From assembly GCA_004212155.1 (NCBI GenBank), contig RXIG01000028.1, positions 32,812-96,811 of the forward strand: 64,000 nucleotides of DNA, read 5' to 3'. The DNA comes from an archaeon (lineage in GTDB: Archaea > Methanobacteriota_B > Thermococci > Methanofastidiosales > NM3). Position 1 is the first letter of the stretch; each line of letters begins with the position of its first letter. A model generated the notes under the pieces. It had not been told where the DNA came from, did no database searches, and saw only the letters and a program-made list of their open reading frames with translations. Position numbers and translations under genes: made by a program. This document shows, piece by piece, positions 1 through 9,840 of the stretch.

Positions 1-818
1 TCCATCGACTCCCTAAGGATGGCGAGGCTTGCGGCTTCTCGACCTTCCTGGTGCGCTTCCCTGGCCCTGTACAGCCGTACCTTCAGTTGAGCAAGCAGCG
101 ATTCAGCGTCTCCAGTATCGATTCCCTCGGAACGTGCCTCGTCTATGATATCGTGTGCCGCCTGCAGGCGTTCTGGCACCGTGTTGAGAAAGTGATGCAG
201 CCGTTCAGGAAGGAGACTATCCCTCACACGGTCCTCGAGCATGTCGTGGGCCGTGTCAAGTGAGCGCTCACAAACATTGAGCATTTGTTGTGCTATAAAT
301 GGCCGTTGAGCCTTCAAATGGATGAGTGATGCCTTAAAGGACGACCGTGCTACACGTACGTGGGCATCTATCAGGGGAGCCTCGATACCCTGTTCCTCGA
401 GCCTTTCCAGCGCGCTCGTCAGCATGCTGAGATGGTGTGAAACGCGTTCGTACCTGTCTTTGATGGCATCGACTGCTGCTGGAGGAAGCTGCATGTCAAG
501 CGATGTCATGCATCCTTTGAGCATCTTCATCGCCTCCTTCGTCTTGGCGATTGCCGCCTCAACGTCGCCGGCAGCATGTGCCTCCTTGGCCCCTTCGATA
601 AGCAATTCGATGTCTTCGCAGCGTTGTTCACTATCTTGATCGTGTTCGTGCGTATCAATGTAGGCGGTCAATCGCTGGTGTGCGCGTTCTGCTATCTGTA
701 TATATCGTTCTATTGGGGGTGGCTGCTGTTCTTCCGTCTCCGCCCCATAGGATATGGCCGGTATCGCAGCAACGATCATAAGCGCCACCGCAATGGAACC
801 CCATGCTGTAGATTTCAT
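1..818 (-). CDS. Secreted or membrane-anchored helical protein, partial (runs off the window start)
   Basis: ATG at 818 preceded by GGTGA; manual translation MKSTAWGSIAVALMIVAAIPAISYGAETEEQQPPP... is signal-peptide-like; no in-frame stop seen. Confidence 0.75.
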   Translation of the reverse strand, partial: MKSTAWGSIAVALMIVAAIPAISYGAETEEQQPPPIERYIQIAERAHQRLTAYIDTHEHDQDSEQRCEDIELLIEGAKEAHAAGDVEAAIAKTKEAMKMLKGCMTSLDMQLPPAAVDAIKDRYERVSHHLSMLTSALERLEEQGIEAPLIDAHVRVARSSFKASLIHLKAQRPFIAQQMLNVCERSLDTAHDMLEDRVRDSLLPERLHHFLNTVPERLQAAHDIIDEARSEGIDTGDAESLLAQLKVRLYRAREAHQEGREAASLAILRESM

Positions 819-882
819 GTTGTCACCGATTAAATTACGGCCCGGCGACACTTAAGGAACTCGATTGGAACACCCGTTCCAG

Positions 883-1812
883 CTACAATTCCTGCATGAC
901 GCCTGCATAGATGAACGGAAGAATGAGCGTAGCATCACCTTCGATGGTCACGTATGAGGCATCCTCCCTGACCTTGCCCCATGAGACCGCCTCCCTGACG
1001 CGTGCGCCAGAGAGCGAACCGTCCCATTCTGGTGCCGTTGTGACATATACGGCGTAGTCGAGGCCGCCCCTGAACTGATTCCACCATATCGTGTGGTGCT
1101 TCGATATGCCGCCGCCTATCATGAGCGCACCTGTCTTTTCCGCCTCGAAAACGATGTCTGAGAGCAGCTTCTCGTCCTTGAGCACATCGATAGTGAGGTC
1201 GTGGTCCTGCGCAAAGAAGAATATCTGGCTTCCCACAGACCCGTCAGTGATGCCGGGGATGATGACAGGTATCCTGTTGCGTGCTGCCCAGTAGATGATG
1301 CTGTTCTCGTCATCGAGCCGGTCACCGATCTCCCATATGAGTTCGTATGTCGAGAGGCGGCGCGTGCCGGCCTCATAGATCTCCTCGAGGATCGACATGA
1401 GCTTTGATTCCAGTATCTCCCCATAGCATTCGTTGGGTATGAAGATGTTGCCCAGCCTGTTGACGCCCTCCTGGTGGAGCTTCCTGTCATCGGCCTCCCA
1501 GGAGCCGTGGTAGTAGTCCCTCCATATTCGTGCGAGGTCATGGTCGAGGGTGCCACAGGTGGTGATCACGGCGTCGAACTGTTTGTTTTTCACCATGTCC
1601 CGTATGATGCCGCGCGTGCCTGTAGCGATGATGCATGCTGGAAACGAGAGGAAGTTCGTGCATTTCTCCTCGAACATCTTCCTCAGTATGGTCACACCCA
1701 TGGAGAACTTCTGTGCAGTGAATCCCCCGCTCTCAAACATCTGTTCGGACAAGTTCGCAAACGATGTGGCGGGCGTGATAGAGATGTCTTTTACTGGTTT
1801 ATCAAGGTTCAT
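883..1812 (-). CDS. dys: Deoxyhypusine synthase
   Basis: Motifs NRLGNIFIPN, GITDGSVG, IGGGISKHH, DGSLSGARVREAVSWGKV; start set to MNLDKP after a GGGGTGA RBS. Confidence 0.95.
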   Translation of the reverse strand: MNLDKPVKDISITPATSFANLSEQMFESGGFTAQKFSMGVTILRKMFEEKCTNFLSFPACIIATGTRGIIRDMVKNKQFDAVITTCGTLDHDLARIWRDYYHGSWEADDRKLHQEGVNRLGNIFIPNECYGEILESKLMSILEEIYEAGTRRLSTYELIWEIGDRLDDENSIIYWAARNRIPVIIPGITDGSVGSQIFFFAQDHDLTIDVLKDEKLLSDIVFEAEKTGALMIGGGISKHHTIWWNQFRGGLDYAVYVTTAPEWDGSLSGARVREAVSWGKVREDASYVTIEGDATLILPFIYAGVMQEL

Positions 1813-1921
1813 GGAATCACCCCTTGGTGCTCCTATTATATTTATCTTATAAACATAGTGGTAGGCCACTTTACTGCCACTCTCTCACAATCGTTATATT
1901 CGCCCTTATCCACGCTCTTTC

Positions 1922-2080
1922 ATGGACGTGGACCACTGTCCGTTTTGCGGCGGGCTGTTGCTTGGCGGTTATTCCTCTTTGCACGACCGGCTCGTTTTAT
2001 CTGTACGGTGCCCATACTGCGGGCATGCTGAGAGATATGTCGTTGCCACGCAGCGGTTCTCGCTCCTTGTCAACGATTGA
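1922..2080 (+). CDS. CPxCG zinc-finger micro-protein (52 aa)
   Basis: Manual translation MDVDHCPFCGG...VRCPYCGHAERY...; two CPxCG knuckles; TTATAT about 25 nt upstream suggests a leaderless transcript. Confidence 0.75.
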   Translation: MDVDHCPFCGGLLLGGYSSLHDRLVLSVRCPYCGHAERYVVATQRFSLLVND

Positions 2081-2768
2081 AATAGATCTGGTCCCAGTCC
2101 TCGATGCGACGTTTTCGTGATAGATAGTCCCTTCTTGTAAACAACTTCACTAGGAAAAACCCGGCCACGAATCCGCCGATGTGTGCAAAATACGCCACAC
2201 CGCCGCTTGCCTGGGTCGCCAGGGAGCCTATGCCTGAAAAGAATTGGAGCAGTATCCAGAACCCCAAGACGATGACCGCCGGGATCCTGATGATGAGGAA
2301 AAGCGCCCATGTCACCACGTTTGCCCTCGGGAAGTTGACGACATATGCACCCAGTATGCCGGCGATGGCGCCGGATGCGCCAAGCATTGGGATCGTCGAG
2401 GACGTGTCTATGAATATTTGTGTATAGCTTGCCACGACGCCGCAGATGAGATAGAACAGCAGGAATCGCTTGTGCCCCATCGAATCCTCGACGTTGTTCC
2501 CGAATATGTAGAGGTAGAGCATGTTGCCCCCAAAGTGCAGGACCCCATGGTGCATGAACTGCGATGTGATCAACGTGTAGAGGCGGTCGCCGTTCCACAC
2601 AAATCTCGGAACAACGGCCCAGTCGTAGTAGAACTGCGAGAGCTGGTACTGACCCCCCGTGTACTCGATGAGGTTGAGAAGGAGGAACACCAATGCATTA
2701 GCGCCTATAAGCGCATAGGTGACATATGGTGTCTCGTACGTTGGATTCTCATCATAGAGCGGGAGCAT
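2070..2768 (-). CDS. Rhomboid family intramembrane serine protease
   Basis: HFGGNMLYL, catalytic GASG, AHIGG; several TM helices. Confidence 0.93.
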   Translation of the reverse strand: MLPLYDENPTYETPYVTYALIGANALVFLLLNLIEYTGGQYQLSQFYYDWAVVPRFVWNGDRLYTLITSQFMHHGVLHFGGNMLYLYIFGNNVEDSMGHKRFLLFYLICGVVASYTQIFIDTSSTIPMLGASGAIAGILGAYVVNFPRANVVTWALFLIIRIPAVIVLGFWILLQFFSGIGSLATQASGGVAYFAHIGGFVAGFFLVKLFTRRDYLSRKRRIEDWDQIYFNR

Positions 2769-2813
2769 TATACAACGTAGGAGAGAGATACTATAAAGTC
2801 TTTACTCTATGGA

Positions 2814-3566
2814 TCAGCACTGCACAGTGGCGAAAATACGCTCTATGAGCGCGACGGCAGAATACCCTGCGATAAGCGATGTTGCCTTGTTGGGCGACGG
2901 AGCATTATCAAACTCCATCGTGATTGTCCCTGTTTCACCCATTACCCTTACAGTGTGTATGTTGTGTGATACCAAGGGGTCTGCTATGATGCGCACGCGC
3001 ACCTTCTCGTCACCTGCCATCACAGCGAGCGTGACGGCGACGTTGATGTTGCGGGGAAATCGTTCTATTGCTTCTGCCGGCGTGCCTTCGAAGATGACCG
3101 TGGCCTCATCAGCCTCCACGCCAAGCGACTGGGGCGGTTTTCTTGTCTCAAGGACCACCATCTCGAGCTTGCCCACCCGCGCGGACGATATGGCATCGAG
3201 TCCTCCTATGGCGCCAGACGGGATGTAGATGTGTACGCCGGAAGCGCTCGCGTCCTCAATGAGGCATTTCCTGAACTCAGCGTCGGCCAGCCCGCCGACG
3301 CTCATGACCATGAGGTCCTTCCCTGCCCTGACGACATCGCGCGCGTGCTGCTGCACGGCCTTGGGAGAGGCAGCCTCCACTATGAGCGGCGCATCGGATG
3401 ACAACAATTCCTCAAAGGAGGTGCAAGGTCTGGCACCGACACCCCGGGCGAAATCACGGGCTCGTTCCTGGTCCAGGTCATATACGGCGTCGATCTCGAT
3501 CGATGTGCCTTTTTCTGCGATAATGGTGGCGATATTGCCACATCCGATAAGGGCGATACGTGCCAT
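2814..3566 (-). CDS. nadX: L-aspartate dehydrogenase
   Basis: IGCGNIA Rossmann motif, VEAAS, PSGAIGGLD, FPRNINVA, NKATS. Confidence 0.92.
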   Translation of the reverse strand: MARIALIGCGNIATIIAEKGTSIEIDAVYDLDQERARDFARGVGARPCTSFEELLSSDAPLIVEAASPKAVQQHARDVVRAGKDLMVMSVGGLADAEFRKCLIEDASASGVHIYIPSGAIGGLDAISSARVGKLEMVVLETRKPPQSLGVEADEATVIFEGTPAEAIERFPRNINVAVTLAVMAGDEKVRVRIIADPLVSHNIHTVRVMGETGTITMEFDNAPSPNKATSLIAGYSAVALIERIFATVQC

Positions 3567-3746
3567 TTGCATCACTTCTGTGTAGTATGGCTTGCAGGGG
3601 CTTATATATACTTTCTCTTTGAGAATATCAGGCCTATGTGGATGCTGCGCCTTCTTTACCAAAAACCTTTTAAACAACTCTCATATAGAGAAGTAAGTCA
3701 TTTTTACCGATTTCATATTTGGGTAAAATATGTATAAGGTGATATT

Positions 3747-3851
3747 TTGGGTAAGAAACCGAGGAAATGGAAGAAAAAAGGAAAAATGAGGTGGAAACAC
3801 CTCAAAAAGAGAATGAGAAGAAAAAAGCGTAAAGCTAAGATGAGAAAATAA
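3747..3851 (+). CDS. rpl41e: Ribosomal protein L41e (eL41/eS32), 34 aa
   Basis: TTG start after AGGTGA; MGKKPRKWKKKGKMRWKHLKKRMRRKKRKAKMRK resembles the Thermococcales L41e pattern RKWKKKGxMRWK. Confidence 0.85.
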   Translation: MGKKPRKWKKKGKMRWKHLKKRMRRKKRKAKMRK

Positions 3852-4004
3852 ATCGTCATCCTTTCTCTTTCATCGTGGATGCATCGGTGCATTCACCTCA
3901 TCTCTTTTATTCTCTCATCATGTTCATCATCACTTCTTTTATACTTCAACGTACGATGAAGTTAAACACTACGATTTAAATATTAGGAATGCTTACATAG
4001 TACC

Positions 4005-6131
4005 ATGAGAAACGTGATCTTTGCGTTCATGCTGCTGTGTTCGTTGCTATTGGCAGGATGCATATCCTCCGATACACCTTCCGGCGATGTGGGGCCGCTT
4101 GAGATCTCAGCCAGGGAAGACCCGGGATTCTCATCGTATGAGCCTGTCGATGTGTCATATGATCCCGACACCGAGCCATACGACTTCGACCCCGTAAATG
4201 CTGATATCTTTTCCTTGTCCCCCGAGCAGGCGTCATTTCTTCAAGCCAACGGATTCGTCTGCCTACCGTCCTCCTCGGATGTGCTGTTCCACGAATATTA
4301 CCAGTCCTTGGCGCGCCGGGACATCCCCATCTTTGTGACGACTGATTCGGTCCTGCATTCGTATCATATCCTGTTCGATTACTCCTTGCGTCTGATGGAG
4401 CAAGACGTGTTTTACGACGATATCATCACGCTTACCGCAGATATGCAGGACACCATGCTGTCGTTCCATGACCAAAGCGAGGGACCGACAAAGGATGCGG
4501 CCCGTTTGGCGCTTGGATTCTTTACCGTGGCACTGCAGCAACTGGATCCCTCATCAGACATCCCTGACGCTGTCAGGGACGACGTCAACGCAGAGCTCGC
4601 GCTAATAGACGCTGCCGATGGCATTGCATACTCACCTCTTTTCGGCTATCGTGAGGACTACTCGCAGTATGTGCCACGTGGCCACTACACCCGAACGGAG
4701 CACCTTGGCGATTATTTCAGGGCGATGATGTGGTATGGGCGCATGCCCATGCGTTTGAAGGACGCTACCGAGACACGTGCCGCCATACTCACCGTGCTTG
4801 CCATGGAGCAGCTCTCGAAGGGCGAGGGAAGCGCCTATGCCGTCTGGGATGCGATATACCAGACCACTTCGTTTTACGTTGGGCAGGCAGACGATCCCAC
4901 GCTCTACGATTATGCGCCACTCATAGAGGATGTATATGGCGACACGGTGGAGCTGGACGCGCTCAACGACGAAGCAGTGCTTTCATCCTTCAGGGAGCTT
5001 GCAGCAACACAGCTTCCCGACCCGCGCATCAACTCAAGTGTCCTGACCGATAAACAGGACCTTACCGATGATACGAAGGGTCTCCGATACATGGGGCAGC
5101 GTTTCATCATCGATTCGTACGTTTTCTCCGAGCTTGTCTACGACAACGTGACGGCATACACTGGCGACGGTGATCCCATGCCCTTCACGGCCGTGCCAAG
5201 CGCTGCAGGCTACATACGCGGCTTTCCGCGCGGCCTGGACGCAATGAGCGTGTTCGGGAACGAACAGGCGACCACGATCCTTGCAGACGAGGGCGACACC
5301 GACTATCTGAATTATGACACACAGTGGGAAAAGTTGCGTGAGGAGGTCGATGCCTATACGATAGACGACTGGACAGCAACGCTCTACAATGCCTGGCTGT
5401 ACTGCCTTGAGGCATACTCATCCCCGAACGGCGAGGGATATCCCTCGTTCATGCAAAGCGACGCATGGGAGAAAAAGGAGCTCTACACCGCACTAGGCTC
5501 ATGGACCCAACTTCGTCACGATACCATCCTCTACGCCAAGCAGTCCTATACGTTCGAGGCGACGTCGGCACCCGTCGTTTCACGGCAGGGATACGTCGAA
5601 CCCAACATCGACGTATACGCACGACTTCTCTCGCTGACACGCATGACCCAGGAAGGACTGCGCGAGCGCGGACTACTTCTCGACGAGTTCGACCACAAGT
5701 TCGATGCGTTCGATACTCTTCTCGAGGAGTTGATCGATATATCGAAAAAGGAACTGGAGGGCATGCCGCTAAGCGAGCAAGAGCGTCTCTTTATCGACAA
5801 CTTCGGCGACCATCTCGAGCATGTGTCGACCTTTTCAGAATCGATTGGCCAGAAGGTGTCAACGGAGGCTGACGACTCGGTCGCGCTCGTAGCAGATGTG
5901 CATACGGACGTCAACACGCAACGAGTCCTCGAGGAGGGCGTAGGATATCCGTTCTCACTTCTCGTTGTCGTGGAAGTAGAGGGAACGACCTACATCACAC
6001 AGGGTCCCATGTTTTCATATTACGAGTTCAAGCATCCGCTCTCGGATCGCCTCACTGACGAGAAGTGGCAGTCGATGCTGAGCTCACATGATACACCGGA
6101 ACTTCCCGCGTGGGCGGATTTCATCCGTTGA
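4005..6131 (+). CDS. DUF3160-family lipoprotein
   Basis: Lipobox LLAGC; EDYSQYVPRGHYT, SWTQLRHDTILYAKQ, LVADVHT, RLTDEKW. Confidence 0.85.
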   Translation: MRNVIFAFMLLCSLLLAGCISSDTPSGDVGPLEISAREDPGFSSYEPVDVSYDPDTEPYDFDPVNADIFSLSPEQASFLQANGFVCLPSSSDVLFHEYYQSLARRDIPIFVTTDSVLHSYHILFDYSLRLMEQDVFYDDIITLTADMQDTMLSFHDQSEGPTKDAARLALGFFTVALQQLDPSSDIPDAVRDDVNAELALIDAADGIAYSPLFGYREDYSQYVPRGHYTRTEHLGDYFRAMMWYGRMPMRLKDATETRAAILTVLAMEQLSKGEGSAYAVWDAIYQTTSFYVGQADDPTLYDYAPLIEDVYGDTVELDALNDEAVLSSFRELAATQLPDPRINSSVLTDKQDLTDDTKGLRYMGQRFIIDSYVFSELVYDNVTAYTGDGDPMPFTAVPSAAGYIRGFPRGLDAMSVFGNEQATTILADEGDTDYLNYDTQWEKLREEVDAYTIDDWTATLYNAWLYCLEAYSSPNGEGYPSFMQSDAWEKKELYTALGSWTQLRHDTILYAKQSYTFEATSAPVVSRQGYVEPNIDVYARLLSLTRMTQEGLRERGLLLDEFDHKFDAFDTLLEELIDISKKELEGMPLSEQERLFIDNFGDHLEHVSTFSESIGQKVSTEADDSVALVADVHTDVNTQRVLEEGVGYPFSLLVVVEVEGTTYITQGPMFSYYEFKHPLSDRLTDEKWQSMLSSHDTPELPAWADFIR

Positions 6132-8733
6132 TCTCTATGATGAACTGTGGATGCTCGATGAGCTCCACCTTCTTCCCTTTTTGTTCAAAGGCCCGTTCCA
6201 CTTTCGAGATGTACTCCTTTTTGAGGGTGTATCCCTTCTCCTCGATGGCGCCTTCCTCGATGAGCCTCGCAGCGACCTTCGGGTCCTCGAGAAGTATTGC
6301 GACCTTTTTCGTATCCTTTCCGAACGTGGGCCCTATGAGCGCGAAGTTGGGCGTTGCCGAGATGATGACCTCCTCCACGTCGGGCTGGCCTGAAGAGATG
6401 GTGACCTCGCCGATGTTCATCGCACCCTCGATATCGTTTTTGAGCTCCCCTAGGTCCTCGTCGGTATAGATGACGACGGAGTCAAGCTCCTTGTTGAGGG
6501 GCAGTCCCGCATTGGACTTCCAACGACGTATCTCGCTCACGATGTCCTTGGCGAGCCTTCCCTTGCGAAGCGCTTCCTCGTCGTGTTCGGAGTGTGGCCA
6601 TTCGCTCGTGTGGATGCTTCCATCGCCGATGAGCTGGGAGTAGACCTCCTCCGTGACATGGGCGAGTATCGGGGCTATGAGCTTGAGCGCTGATGCGTAG
6701 AGGCCTTTCACGAAGGCAGAGGGCAGCGTATCGTTGTAGAAGCGATACTTTATCATCTCAAGGTAGTTGTCGGCAAAGACGTGCCATATGAATCGTTCCG
6801 CCTCCTTGAGCGCCACTGAGAACTGGTACTTGTTGACCGCATCCTCGACCTTTTCTATTGTAAGTGCGAGCTCGCTTGCGATCCAGCGGTCGATCATGGT
6901 CACCTCGCCTTTGGCGTCGGCGTTCTCCAGGAATCGGCCGATATTGTAGATCTTGTTGATGAATCGTTGGGAATGCGTGATCTCCTTCCATGAGAATGCG
7001 CTATCCTCCCCCAGTCCGCGTGATGCGGAGAAGTAGCGCATCGGGTCCGAACCGTATTCCTCGAGGATCTCAAGCGGGTCTATCGTGTTGCCCCAGGAAG
7101 CATGCATCGACCTGCCATCGGGGGCAAGGATGTGACCGTCTATGAAGATGTCCCCCCACGGCTCATCGCCTGTGAGGAGCACGGTACGAAGCAGCGAGTA
7201 GAACGCCCACGTCCTGATGATGTCGTGGGCCTGGGTGCGTACCGTCATGGGGTAGAGTTTCTCGAACATAGCATCGTCACGGCACCAGAATGAATTGTAA
7301 AGGGCTGATATGGATGAGTCCATCCAGGTGTCAAACACCTCTTTTGAACCAACGAGCTTTCCGCCGCACTCTGGACAGTACGCGACCGGAGGGTCGTCGT
7401 TGAGCGGATCAACGTAACACTGGTCGATGGTCGCTGGCACGATCTTGTTGCATTCCTGGCATTCCCATACAGGTATGGGTGTGGCGAAGTAGCGCTGTCG
7501 CGAGATCACCCAGTCCCAGGAAAGAGAATCGATCCACTGGTCGAGACGGACCTTCATCCATGCTGGGTACCAGTTGAGGCGTGCCGCAGCTTCCTTGATC
7601 TTCTTTTTGTATGGCATGACCTTGACGAACCACTGGTCCTTGACGAGGAACTCGACGGGCGTGTGGCATCTCCAGCATGTGCCGACACTTTGCGGAAGTG
7701 TCTCACGCTTGACGAGGAGGTCCTTGTCCTGCAGGTCCTGCACGATCTTGGCCCTGGCCTCTATCGTCTTCATGCCCTCGTACAGGGCACACATCTCCGT
7801 CATCTTGCCTTCCTCGTCGATGGCCTTCTCGAAGTCCAGGTCGTGCTTGTATATCATCTCGAGGTCGTCCTTGTCGCCGATGGAACAGATCATCACGATG
7901 CCGGTGCCGTAATCGGTCTTGACGCCCTCATCGGAGATGACGCGCACCTTGCGCTTGAATATGGGGGTCGTGAGGGTCTTTCCAACAAGTGATGCATAGC
8001 GCGGGTCCTTTGGATTGACAGCGACGACCTGGCATGTGGGGAGCAGTTCGGGGCGGGTCGTTGCCACGATGACGTAGTGCCCCTTGTGGTCTTGTTTGAT
8101 CTCCTTGGTCTCATCGATGTTGTTTCCCTCGACATGGAACTTGACAAAGTTGAGCATGGTGTCCCTGTCGGCATATTCGATCTCGGCATCTCCGAGCGCT
8201 GTCACGCAGCGGGTGCACCAGTTGACGGGGTGCATGCCCTTGTAGACCATGTCCTTTTCCAGCATCTTGAGAAACGAGATCTGTGTGATGCGTCGGTAGT
8301 ACTCGGCATCGGTCTGGTAGTATATCGAAGGGTCGAACGAGCACCCCAGCTCCTTGAACTGCGTTATCATCGTTGCGATGTTCTTGTTCGCGAACTCGCT
8401 GCACAGCGCGTTGAACTCCGAACGGGGTATGTTTTGCGGCGAGACCTTGTACTTCTTCTCAACGTTGACCTCGATGGGCATGCCGTTGACGTCAAAGCAC
8501 AGTGGCAAAAACACGTTGTATCCCATGAGCCGCCTATATCGGCCTATCATGTCGATATGCGTGTAATGGGTCGCATGTCCGATGTGAAGCCCTCCTGATG
8601 CGTAACGGGGAGGATTGTCTATAGAGAAGATCGGGCGATCGGACGTGTTGTCGAATCGAAAGGTCTTATCGTTCTCCCATTTGTCCTGCCACTTCTTTTC
8701 CACTGATTTGAGGTCATACGTTTTTGGCATCAT
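6121..8733 (-). CDS. valS: Valine--tRNA ligase (archaeal type)
   Basis: LHIGH, GTGIVMIC, DWVISRQR, DTWMDSS, QAHDIIRTW; KMSKS-equivalent reads SMHAS. Confidence 0.93.
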   Translation of the reverse strand: MMPKTYDLKSVEKKWQDKWENDKTFRFDNTSDRPIFSIDNPPRYASGGLHIGHATHYTHIDMIGRYRRLMGYNVFLPLCFDVNGMPIEVNVEKKYKVSPQNIPRSEFNALCSEFANKNIATMITQFKELGCSFDPSIYYQTDAEYYRRITQISFLKMLEKDMVYKGMHPVNWCTRCVTALGDAEIEYADRDTMLNFVKFHVEGNNIDETKEIKQDHKGHYVIVATTRPELLPTCQVVAVNPKDPRYASLVGKTLTTPIFKRKVRVISDEGVKTDYGTGIVMICSIGDKDDLEMIYKHDLDFEKAIDEEGKMTEMCALYEGMKTIEARAKIVQDLQDKDLLVKRETLPQSVGTCWRCHTPVEFLVKDQWFVKVMPYKKKIKEAAARLNWYPAWMKVRLDQWIDSLSWDWVISRQRYFATPIPVWECQECNKIVPATIDQCYVDPLNDDPPVAYCPECGGKLVGSKEVFDTWMDSSISALYNSFWCRDDAMFEKLYPMTVRTQAHDIIRTWAFYSLLRTVLLTGDEPWGDIFIDGHILAPDGRSMHASWGNTIDPLEILEEYGSDPMRYFSASRGLGEDSAFSWKEITHSQRFINKIYNIGRFLENADAKGEVTMIDRWIASELALTIEKVEDAVNKYQFSVALKEAERFIWHVFADNYLEMIKYRFYNDTLPSAFVKGLYASALKLIAPILAHVTEEVYSQLIGDGSIHTSEWPHSEHDEEALRKGRLAKDIVSEIRRWKSNAGLPLNKELDSVVIYTDEDLGELKNDIEGAMNIGEVTISSGQPDVEEVIISATPNFALIGPTFGKDTKKVAILLEDPKVAARLIEEGAIEEKGYTLKKEYISKVERAFEQKGKKVELIEHPQFIIEING

Positions 8734-8745
8734 GGCGATCACGTT

Positions 8746-9540
8746 CTACAAGCTTGTGGTGATAGCGTCACCTTCGATTATTAGTTTTTTGCCTTCATCT
8801 GCTACTATGGTACGTATTCCCGTACGTTCTTCTATGGCGCATCGTTCCTCCTCGACACCCTGAAGATGGAACTTCATCCCGATATGCGTGAGTACGAGCA
8901 CCTCCGGCTTGACCTCGAGCGCGACCTTGACGGCATCAGTAGTCGTAAGATGATACGGGATGCGATGTTTTGCCGGCCGTGTGACGCACATGATGAGCAC
9001 GCGTGCGTCGCTGTGCCATTTCACGAGATCGGGGAAGAACTGCGTGTCCGATGAGTACGATACTATCCCTTGCGAAGTGGTGAATCTGAATCCTATCGTC
9101 GTGGGATCCGAGTGGATCGTTGGCGTAGCGCGTATGCTGACGTTCCCGACCGTTGTCTCATCACCTGCGGAAAGTGTCTCTATACGCTCAACGAAACGCT
9201 CATTGAAGTTGAATGGTGTCGAGCCACCGTCGGTACCACTGATAGCGCTCTCTGAACCGATCAACACGCCTCTTCGCTGTGTCGCTCCGTTCGTCATGGC
9301 CTCGATGAGGATGCTGCTGTCGTTCGTATGATCTATGTGGCAATGAGAGAGCAGTATGGCATCTAGCTCCCGCGGGTCCTCCTCCTGTTCCCATGACTTG
9401 AGGAGTGCGCCAGGTCCCGGATCCACGTGCATTTTCACATCATCCTTGAGAATGAATCCGCCCGTGCCTCTTTTTTGTGTAATGGTCATGAAACGGCCAC
9501 CGCCGCTTCCAAGAAATGTGAGCTCTACCATTCTAACCAC
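8746..9540 (-). CDS. MBL-fold metallo-hydrolase
   Basis: FLGSGGGRF, DPGPG, SHCHIDH, SDT, LTH. Confidence 0.9.
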   Translation of the reverse strand: MVRMVELTFLGSGGGRFMTITQKRGTGGFILKDDVKMHVDPGPGALLKSWEQEEDPRELDAILLSHCHIDHTNDSSILIEAMTNGATQRRGVLIGSESAISGTDGGSTPFNFNERFVERIETLSAGDETTVGNVSIRATPTIHSDPTTIGFRFTTSQGIVSYSSDTQFFPDLVKWHSDARVLIMCVTRPAKHRIPYHLTTTDAVKVALEVKPEVLVLTHIGMKFHLQGVEEERCAIEERTGIRTIVADEGKKLIIEGDAITTSL

Positions 9541-9757
9541 GATACCCTACATCAAAATAAGGGTGTTTATAAGGCTTTTGTAGAATCGGGTTTTGAGAAT
9601 AGCGTCAGTAGCATCTGTCAATGGCGCCCAAGGGCGTTAATCCCAAGCGGTTCTCCGGTGACAGGGACTGTGAAATGTTTTATGCACAAACAGGGTTGGC
9701 AATTATTCCCAAACAGAAAATTTTAAAAAGACTTAGGGAAAGTCTTTTCCCACGCAG

Positions 9758-9832
9758 GGGCCCGTGGCTTAGCTTGGTTAGAGCGTCCGGCTGATAACCG
9801 GGAGGTCTCGAGTTCAAATCTCGGCGGGCCCA
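9758..9832 (+). tRNA. tRNA-Ile(GAT)
   Basis: Acceptor stem GGGCCCG/CGGGCCC, anticodon arm TCCGG-CTGATAA-CCGGG, T-loop TTCAAAT. Confidence 0.97.
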
Positions 9833-9840
9833 CTTCGTGT

